Shown here: piece after piece, positions 10,731-19,609 of the stretch | Layout: each line of letters begins with the position of its first letter | Position numbering within the stretch: position 1 is the first letter of the stretch | Position numbers and translations under genes: made by a program | NCBI GenBank assembly: GCA_001244265.2 | Contig: CDLV01000019.1 | Coordinates: forward strand, 682,001-714,596 | Reading direction: 5' to 3' | Source: Microbotryum violaceum | Lineage: Eukaryota | Length of the DNA: 32,596 bases | Notes under the pieces: generated by a model | Seen by the model: the letters and a program-made list of their open reading frames with translations, nothing else | What the model was told of the DNA's origin: nothing | Database searches by the model: none

Positions 10731-11948
10731 TTCAACAAACTCATTGCGGCGGGACTTCACCAAACTCATTGCGGCGGGACTTCACCTCGGTCCAGCTGTC
10801 CAGGAGTACTTGGCCAAGAACAAGGTCACCACCATCTGGGACCTCAAACCTGGCAAAAAAGAAATTTCCATCGCCGACCCTGACTATGGTTTCCATCTTC
10901 AGAGGAAACCCATCTCACGATACACCAAAGCGAGCGCAGCATCACGCAATGAACCGCGCGGGGACCGCCTAAACAAGGGAACGCAACTTCATCAGCGACC
11001 TCGAGGAAACGGCCACCAAGCCGACAGGATTACCTCCGCAATGGAGAAGATCCAACAAGCACTGCTCGCCGACTCGACCGCCCAGCCGATCACGATAACT
11101 GGTCGTATGGGATCGAGACCGTACGGCAGGACGCCTCCCGCACTCCGACCGGCCGCACCTACGCGCTAAGTAGCGAACGCCACTCTGGCGGCCCCTCCGC
11201 CCCTGAGGGAACAATTTCGCCTACAGGCGTAGCAGGCGAGTCATCAGCGGCAGCAAACCCCCCAAGCCGAGTATCGACGTATTCAAGATCAGCAAGCCGT
11301 CACCAACGCACTGGCAAAACAAGCCCTCAACAACTACCGGGATCCCCCCTCGGCGGTGACAGTGAGCGCTGCGAGTCTCGCCGCCTCGCACCACATGCCC
11401 CAGGGCACCCGTACCCAAAGTCCATATCTCACTCCAGGGGATTTGTCGATGTCGCTCATCGCCGGCCCCTCCAACGTCCAGGACACCGAAGCACTTTTGG
11501 GGACCAAGCCCGAACCCGCAGACGCTGGCCGGACAGGGCTCACCGTCAGCATCATCGAATTACAGGCAGGCCCCGACGCCTCGACGGGATTATTGAAACC
11601 CCAGGAATAGAGACGCTCTACTCAGCGGGGGACGATGTAGGCCCGCCCCTCCAATTCACTCATAATACTCATTAGAGCCGTTAGCCTCCATTTCCATTTC
11701 CTGTCTCTCTTTAGCTCTGCCGTTGAACTCTCCTCTCTTCTCCTCCCCCCATCCATTCATTCTCCCCGAGTTCACACCGATCTACCTTCGATAATCACTT
11801 GACACCGCTTATCGACGTTCTTCACTTCACTTTCCTTTCTCATCAAATACAATTCAAGGACCTGTACCGTCTTTCTCTTGCCGTTCGATAGAGAGGGTAC
11901 AACCTGGGCTTTCCGCTTTCGGCTTCAACACGATCTGGGAAGCCTACA
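10731..11948 (+). mobile_element. 3' portion of an LTR retrotransposon (probably Ty3/gypsy), 5'-truncated where it abuts gene C
   Basis: The purine-rich tract GCGGGGGACGA (11625-11635) immediately precedes an LTR. The upstream ORF tail (LIAAGLHLGPAVQEYLAK..) may be the end of pol/chromodomain; superfamily assignment is inference. Confidence 0.55.
11636..11948 (+). repeat. 313 bp LTR
   Basis: Begins TGTAGGC and ends GCCTACA (perfect 7 bp terminal inverted repeat, TG..CA), follows a PPT-like tract, and has a pyrimidine-rich interior with an AATACA polyA-like signal. Confidence 0.75.
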
Positions 11949-12301
11949 GCTTTTTTGACGGTACAGGTGGTGTAGGCTTCCCAGAAAGCCCAGGGCGCGC
12001 GGAGAGCGGGCGGGCGGGAGAACTTGGAAATTGCCCATATAAACAGGTCGAAACACACTACTGAAGCTTTGGCGCTCCTGTCTGGTCTATGCAGGCTTGC
12101 TTTCGTTATAGCCGGGCCGCCGTAATCCCACCAAAGCTCGCCCCACTCCTGTCGTCGATTGCATCAGGTTCGCCAGGATGATGTTGATTGGTATGCGCGA
12201 AATTTAGGAGTTTGATCACAACGCGCAGTACCAAGTCTATTTCTACATTCATATTCGTCCATTAAAATTGCAAAACAGGAACGCAGATGTCGAGCACGGT
12301 T

Positions 12302-14847
12302 TTACTCGCAAAGTGCCTTGAAACTCGCCTGGATGTGTTCATACGACATCTGACCGGAGGCCCAACGCGACGCAAGTTCTGGCTCAGTCTCGAAGTCTTC
12401 CAGGCCCAAAAAAGAAAATTCCAGCGAGCAATTTTGCTGCAGGACACTCAGAACCTTCTCCACGCCGGACCAACGAGATGCGCACGCATTCAGGAGCTCC
12501 CTGAAGCCGGATCTCGTAGACAGCCAGCCTTTCCTGATTGCTGCCTCGTCGAGATCCCCGGCATTCCACACGTTCCAGATACGCGCGGCTTTCGGCTTCT
12601 CAAAAAGTCGCGCGTCGGCAGATTCAGATTCAGATTGGAAAGCCGTGCGGCACGCCACATAGAGAAATGATTCTATATCATGCCAGCGCTCGTGCACCAC
12701 ACCCTCGGTTGCGGGGCTGAGCAGGAGTCGAGAGATGTAGGGAAGCGTGCCCTGTGGTTGATCATGGTACAGGGGAAGGGTGGGAAGCAGTAAGGTGAGA
12801 CCAGGAACATGTCAAGGGCTAGCACGGACGTGAGAACGTACCGAGCGGCTGAGGCGACACCCCTCTTCTGCCGTTCGAACCTTCTTGACCGCTAGATTGT
12901 AATCAATCAATACTCCTTTGCCATTTTTGTCCACCATGACGTTGCCATAGGACACGTCACGGTGGATGAAGCCGTAATTCCAAAGCTGACGATGCCCTGT
13001 CACGCAAGGCAAAGGGTCGTCAGTGTTGGCACACCCTTCAGCGCGCTGTCCCGCTCTGCTCTGAGCACTCACCCTCAATCGCACCCTCGAGAGCGCACGC
13101 GAGCTGCTTGGTGGTCTTGAGTGTGGCGAGTGGGTAATAACGTTCTTCGTGAACGACGACCTCCCTGGCCCGTGGGGTGCAACCGGCGAGGGATTCGTTG
13201 CCGGGTAGGAACATGGGGAGGGTCCTATATTCGGTGCGAAAGACGCCGACCAGTGGAGCGAGCCCGCGAGGTCTCTTTTCTTGGATCACGTTGCGGATCT
13301 CGGCCAAGTCCGAGTTGCGCGACTCCTCGACCCAGATGATCGTCATTGCGAAGGTCCTGATGTTGGCGCCCTCAGCAAGTTTGACCTCGTATGTCGACGT
13401 TGCGCGGCCGCACTCTCTTTGTCGACGAAAGATGAGCTCCTTGATCTTGACGTTGGACATCGTCGTTGCTCCCCGCTGAACTCGGAGGCCGCCGGCGGGA
13501 AGAAGTCGGGGCAGAGCGTGAACGGGCCGTAGCGGTCGTCGAGCGAGGTTGTGGTCGCTAGAATGCCGTTAAGCCGATCGCTGTGTTGGACGAGACGGTA
13601 CAAGAACGTCGACAGCTCTCCATTCTCTTCGGTGACTGTTCTAGATTTGGTAGAGAACACCCCGCAAGCAGACATCACGTAGACCTTGAGACGTTCGCCG
13701 CGAAGGGTAAACCCGATCGCATGTTCGCGAATCGGCGTTGCGAGGAGTGCCGACAACCGTCGGAACAACTGGCGCTCGGCGTTGGAGGTGCCGGCTTTGG
13801 TCTCGCCGACGGCGGCCACTTGCGTAAAGGAGCGTTTGGCCTGGTTCAGGCCCACCTTGTCCTTGTCCTTGACCTTGGCCGTGTTCGTGCTGTCTTCTTC
13901 TGCGTTGTTGTCCTCGTCGTGAGGCTGGCCCTTGCCGTTTTCGTTCGCGTTGGAGTTCACGTTGGTGGCGGGGCCCGCATCGGCGTCGAGTTTCTTGGCC
14001 GGATCGGCGTGACTGGGAAGGGCCCATACATTCGGGAGGGTTGGGTCGTGCGCGACCGCAGCGTGGGTCAAGAGCACGACGTCGGCCGTCTTCTCGGTCG
14101 TCTCCACACGGTCAGGTGCGACGCTGATGTACTGGGGCGAGTTCTGGCAGGCGACCAGTCGCCGGTCTCCAGTCTAGAGGTCCAACAGTAAGACAAACGG
14201 CAGTGAGAAGGCGAGTCAGCTCTCGAAGGAACATACACCCTCGATGTCAAGCGATCCAGGCGTCGACTCACCGTGTTGATGACACCTGCTATGACCTCGC
14301 CCAGCGCTTCTTCGGTGCCCATCTTGAACTCCTTGGGCCAGATCTTGTTAGCGAGCTCGTCAGCGGTCGGATGGCCGAAGAAGTAGGCCTCGAGGGCCGC
14401 ACAATGTTTTTGGTCCATCTGGACCGCTTCGGAGATCCTCTCGGCTCTGTCCGATGCTCGCTCGTGCGAGGCCGCCTCCCGGCGCGATCGTAATGGGGTC
14501 GATTGAGTCGACGATACCAAGGGAGAGACCGCGTCCCTCAGTTCGGCGAGGTCGTACGCGTTGGCGGTTGCGCTTGAGGCCGGGGCCGAGTTTGCAGCCG
14601 CTGAAACTGAGGTCGAGGGCGAGGGCGAGGGCGAGGGCGAGGGCGAGGGCGAGGTCGAGGTCGAGGCAAGAGCCTGAGCGGGCGAGTCGACGCCGTGTGC
14701 CACGGGCTTCGCGTTCCTTTCAGCGATGCGCGCGCTCCTGCGCATTGGCCCTGTCGACGCGCCGGCGCTCGGCGCGCGAGGTTCGTGTCGGCGCGGGCGG
14801 TCACTGCAACGGCCCCAATTGGGGCGTGGGCCAGTGGCGTCAGTCAT
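12302..14847 (-). pseudogene. Gene B1: FunK1-type protein, Ser/Pro-rich N-terminus + PD-(D/E)xK-like domain + kinase; single frameshift (pseudogene or consensus error)
   Basis: Predicted introns 14174-14271, 12997-13072 and 12752-12841. Motifs: TADVV..AVGETK..RQL, CGRATS, GFIHRDVSYGNVM, GVLIDYNLA, GTLPYIS, HERWHDIES. The only break seen is a frameshift at the C4 run 13471-13474. Confidence 0.85.
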
Positions 14848-15167
14848 GCGAGTCAAAACAAGGCCAAGCTCGGTCTATTATGGGCCAACTCACTGTGGCC
14901 AACTCACTGTGAAGGCCCTGGGCGTGATGGGTTACGGGGCAGTGGGGGCTGGTCACCACTAGGACCGGTGGTAAACCGGTGGTAAGTCTTGAAGACGAGC
15001 AGGGAGTGGGAAGAGGGTGAGGGAGAGCAAGATGTGAAGCGATTTTTCCTTCGTTGCGGAATATCGAGACTCTGGTCGAGACATCAGCTACCTGTCATGC
15101 AAAATGATTTCGCAACTCCCAGCTTTGGACTCCGCCCGCCTCCTCCCAACTTTGGACTCCGCGCGCC

Positions 15168-15640
15168 TCCGCGCGCCTCCTCGTGGAACAACGGTCTTTT
15201 CCGAAGTGTTTGTCCGATTTTTACACCCTCTTTTCCAAAGATGTCGGCTTTTGCACATGCGCCTCAATATCTCACCAAAAGTTGCTCTGCATGCTCCAAA
15301 ACTTGCTCAAAAGTCGTCGAAAACGCGTTCCGTTTGCGGGCGCGCGGCGGCCGGCCGATCGAACATAGCGAAAAACCCCCCGGGATGGGGCGGATTTACT
15401 ATGAAAGTGGCTTGCCGCATCTTGCCGCGCGCGTCGCTTCAACTGTCTTCGGCTGGTCTCCCAGCCTCTTGAAAAGCTTCAGCCTTCCTTGCATATTCGG
15501 TGATGGGCTCGTGACTCCCTTGTCAGACTTGCATTTTGCTGATTTTGGGCGCATTTTATCCGCGGTGTCGTTCTTGCGGCTTGTAGAGGCTCTACCGGCG
15601 GCATCCCGCGGGTCGGGCACGCTCCGAAGGGCGTCAAATT
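15168..15640 (-). pseudogene. Probable 5' fragment of a gene-C-like paralog upstream of B1 (duplicated at ~22743-23215)
   Basis: GCGCGCCTCCTCGTGGAACAACG at ~15171-15193 is identical to ~10665-10687. The minus translation RKRPLFHEEARG matches gene C LKRALFHEEARG. An upstream exon-like ORF ends LEHAEQLL|GTGAGA. Confidence 0.45.
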
Positions 15641-15765
15641 GTGGCTCGGCATGTGCGCTCGTGGTGATAATGCGCTCGTCGGAAGTGAGATCCGCGGTTG
15701 AACGACACAAAGTTGAACGATACGCAGTCGTCGTTCGGGGCGACTGGCAGGCCAACCACCGCGAG

Positions 15766-16941
15766 CTCAAACCAAGGACTCGAATCGACCGGTCACCCCG
15801 CCCATCTCCGTAGGGTTGCAAAGTGATCCCTCATTTGATCCGTTGACGCCTGTGACTCGCATCTTCTCGTCCCCTCCTGCATCGACGGATTGGAGTCCTG
15901 CGACCTCGCCGCTCTCCGGCTCGGGCCTCCCGTCATCACCATAGTTCAAGATCGTGGGTTCGTGATCAAGGCCAGCTTGTCGAGCGCGTACTGGTCTACG
16001 ATGGTGCGTCACGCGCTCTACCATGCTGCTCCCGTCCTAGCCCTTGTAGCCCAGCTCACAGAAAGGATTGTTTACTTCCTGCTCTTGTGCAGTTGTACAC
16101 GGGCACAAGCCGCGTGGAATTGGTCGAGATCGGGTTTGATATCGTCTCTTCGGTTCCTTCCGACTCGCCCCTTGCGTCCCGTCTGCCGTCAAAGCCTTCC
16201 CCAGCCAGCGATTTTATTCGGGGCCTCCATCTGTCCGATGTGGTTTTGCGATGGCTGTCCGAAAACCCCGGGAAGAGCTCAAGGACGATCGAATCCCCCT
16301 CGAACTCTTGGATCGGTTCGAGCCCACTGCAGATCTTCGTCTGGAGAAGGAGGTCGGGTCGGGAAGTACTGCCGGAGGGTGGCTTGCGAAGGTGGTGCAA
16401 GTCAACCGACCTTTGTGCTCATCGGCCAAAGCCGAGGCACCCCTTGTTGATCACCCTGCTCCGAATACGACGTACTTTCTCAAGCTCGTGACGTGTAGAT
16501 ACGTCGGCTCCGTCATCCGCGAGACGCTGTTTTACCAGCACGTCTTGCCCCACCTCCCCGAGCATCTTCGAAAACATATCCCGCAATATCACGGCACATA
16601 TCGAAGGACGAATGGCAACGGATACGCCATGGTGCTTGAGAATGTGGGCAAACCGATGAACGAGGCCGACTTTTACGGATCGCCGGGCGAATCGTGGTAA
16701 GTTCCTGCAGGGCGGCGCACTGATCCAGCCATGTGCAAGCCGGTCAAGAGGCCGCGCGGATTCCTGACCCTCTGATTCTTTTTCTTTTTTCCACGGGAGG
16801 TGCAGGAAGATCGAGGCGGCTTTCAGGGAACTCGGCATCATCCACAATGATGTCAGGGCCGGCAACGTACTGGTTCGACCCAACAATGGCCCTCTTTGCT
16901 TCGTTGATTGGGGACGATCGTATCTCAAACTCCGAGTATGA
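15766..16941 (+). pseudogene. K2: paralog of K1, 5'-truncated and frameshifted
   Basis: 15766-17083 aligns with ~275-1599 and has the same introns. Motifs: YFLKL, HNDVRAGN, VDWG. Lesions: ~7 nt net deletion near 15925 and a missing C near 16266. The K1 stop TGA is CGA here, with the new stop at 16939-16941. Confidence 0.85.
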
Positions 16942-17083
16942 ATCTTTTCTCTCCTTCTCCTTCTGAGGTCTCTGTTTTTCTCTCTCTTCTATGCTTGTTT
17001 TATATTTTGTACGCACTTTCCCTCAGGTTCATCTGCAATGCGTAACGCTCGTCATCTCGTTCATCTCGTCCGCGTCGTAGTTG

Positions 17084-17301
17084 TGGCTGGATTCAGTGCG
17101 CCGCCCTTTAGGAACTTCCCACAACGGGCCGGGCGTTCCGTAGAAGTCGCTGAGCTCGTTCATCATTGTTCCCAAATCTTCAGATACCATGACATATCCG
17201 TTGCCATTGGTCCTTCGGTGCGTGCTGTGATATTGCGGCAGATGTTTGCGAAGATGGTCGGGAAGGTGGGGGAAGACGTGCTGGTAGAACAGCGTCTCGC
17301 G
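17084..17301 (-). pseudogene. Inverted fragment of a third K1-type kinase gene
   Basis: The reverse complement matches ~1035-1246 (RETLFYQHVFPHLPDHLRKHLPQYH..RRTNGNGY plus the start of intron 2). Confidence 0.9.
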
Positions 17302-17328
17302 CGCAAATGACCGGGCCAACGTCAGTGC

Positions 17329-19000
17329 TAGGCTCGGCTTCACGTTCGCGCGTGCCAACACCCCTGTCCCTCTCCCCACTCACTTTTCACTCGCACCACC
17401 TGACAAGACTCGGCACTGATCGCACCACGCCGCAACTCGACCTCACACGCTTTCACATCGTTCCATCATCGTCTTTGGCACGATAAGCCTTACACCTCCA
17501 CCTGAGAGGGCGTGATCACTTTCAGCAGCGTGCTAGCTTGCGTCGATGCATCGCTCGAGCGTTTTTGGTAGGACACGTGCACGGTCACCGCATCGCCTCG
17601 TTCACCTCAATCGCCCACTAGGTACTCGACGGATGAGTGTGGTGAGCTCTTCATTCAGATAGTCCTCAGCTTTTGCCGCATTTGCTCACTTCATGTTCGA
17701 CATTGCTGCCCACCACTAGTTCAGATCGCGCGTTCGACATTGGCCGACTCGCTGGCATCCGAGCTTGGCACCAAACCGCTCTGTGACTTGTACGACCATA
17801 CTCTGCGCATCCCTCATCAGCACCATCGAAGAGATGCTCAGCTTTCCTGAGGTCTCGAATTGATGCACACATCACTCAATCCTCGTCGCTCCACCCCGAA
17901 CACCACTGTCGACCTGTGACGATCTCCTCCGCCACCCCCACATTGTTCACTCGCGTCGTCAACGTCAGGCCAATCACACGAATGCAGTCACTCGCCGTCA
18001 CATCTCTTTCTTGATTGAGTCGAAGAGTCTCATCGACGCGGCAAGCTTGGGGTTGTCGGAACATCTCTTGCTCGACTCGGCGAATATTTCGATGCCCATC
18101 CGCATTTCGACCGACCGAACCGACAAACCTTTGAAGCTCGGTCTCCCCCTGCCCGTGCCCATCTCATCACCACGACGTGAGAAGTAACAATCTGCTCGCC
18201 CCTCGCGACGGCCACCTCGACCGCCTCGACCGCCTCGACCATCAACCTTCCACCGCACTCGTGCTCGATCGCCATGGACTCACTGTCATCAACTGACCTG
18301 ACCTACTCATCATGAGCGCCGACCCCACAATCGCCCCCTTCTCGAATCCTATGGCACTTCACCTATCGCCACGCTTGACCTCACCTCGTCTTGATTTGTG
18401 TCGCCGCACCCAGCTCGACACTTCCCCGTGATCTTTGCATCCCCACCGGCGCATTAGCTCGATCAACCAGGTCCCCAATCTGGTATGCTCTCCTCTCCAG
18501 CCCAGTCATCCTCTCCGCAAGTCCCGTCAATACTGAAACTACTGCAAACGCTCATCTGTCTTCCACAGCATTGCCCGACATCCCTAGCGCGCAAGATCGA
18601 ACTCGCAGGTCACCCATCGTCAGCTTCCCACCGATTTGCTTCATCATCGCTCACACCCGATTCCACGAGCTTCTGATTCGATCCTGCCATCACGAATACG
18701 ACTTCTCCCGACCCGAAGTCCGTCATTTCCTTGCGATCAGCTTGACTGTTCTGCGCCGTTTTCGGCTGGCTCGGCACTCGAGCCACTTCATCGAGCAGCG
18801 TCGTCTCGACTCGGACCGTTCGGCACTCGGACGATCGATGATCAGCTGGACCCGTCCATCTCCAGGCAACTTGCTTCGGCCATACTCGATGGACGAGCGA
18901 GCCCCAACTGACATGTGTCCTCCTCGATGTGCCCACCTTGCCCAAATCACCACTCCAACTCGTCCGGTCAACTCGAGCTTCAACTCGACGATACTTATAA
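17329..19000 (+). mobile_element. Heavily degenerate Ty1/copia-like retrotransposon relic (reverse transcriptase region)
   Basis: Collinear eroded motifs: ESKSLIDA (~E..SL), DLLIMSADPTIAPFSN (~D.E.HQ.DV.TAFLN), LDQPG..IWYALLS (~LKQSGR.WY), EVRHFLAI (~EV.HFLGI), SHFIEQ (~SQ..YI), TRP (~TRPD). Also repeated at 29154+. Assignment was made by eye only. Confidence 0.45.
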
Positions 19001-19479
19001 CGTCGACGATCCTATCTCTCTGACACCGTGTTTGAACGCGACCCGATACGCCAGTCGATACATTTCAATTTGACCGATTCGACTCCGACCGCGTGGCGCT
19101 AACCGCTGACATGATCGATATGAAAATTGTGATGGTGCTGTCCATGGACGGTGTTGGAACATGATGTAGGAGGGCATGGGTACACGGAAGAGACGGTTTG
19201 TGATGTAATCCACGTGAACCCCAACATGAATTGTCACATCATCGTGTGAACCCCAACGCGCATTGTCGCATGATCATGTGAAGCACAACTTCCATGATCG
19301 CTGACCGTCACCATCTCCGGGTGAGCGCTCGAACACGTGATCGTGTGGGCGGTTTATTGCTCCGCCAGCCCGAATACCGCTCCGATGATGGATATATGAT
19401 GTGTCGCGATGAACCGCATTCGTTATTTTCCATTTCGGAGATCGCGAGCGCTCTCAGTGGCCGAAGGCAGCAGGGGCCG

Positions 19480-19609
19480 CCGTTCTCTCAAATACCAGAT
19501 GGCGCTCGCCCAAATCGCCCAAGCATCTTTGTAAGGATTTGCGCTCTACAGCGCGCGCAGAGCTGGCGGGCAGCTGGCCGGGGATTTGGTATTTGGTATT
19601 TGAAAACTG
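19480..19609. mobile_element. Possible degenerate MITE (~130 bp)
   Basis: Inverted repeat TCAAATACCA (19488-19497) / TGGTATTTGA (19594-19603). The right end reads CAGTTTTCAAATACC on the minus strand. No clear TSD. Confidence 0.35.

Larger units (their letters stand above)
11991..15689 (+). repeat. Segmental duplication copy 1 (~3.7 kb), paralogous to ~19550-23263
   Basis: Clear direct alignment from CCATATAAACAGG (12035/19611) to GGAAGTGAG (15689/23263), with looser similarity back to ~11991/19550. Confidence 0.95.

Noticed and set aside
14606..14666. GAGGGC hexamer run (also 22190-22240; GACTCG run at ~190-210) as a telomeric or regulatory repeat
   Set aside because: These are in-frame coding microsatellites for Ser-Pro (or Ser-Asp) low-complexity linkers.
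14989..15813. 274 aa plus-strand ORF (and its 22564-23241 counterpart) as a gene
   Set aside because: It has a non-ATG start and no motifs, its frame is not preserved between the copies, and the homology evidence favours the minus strand.
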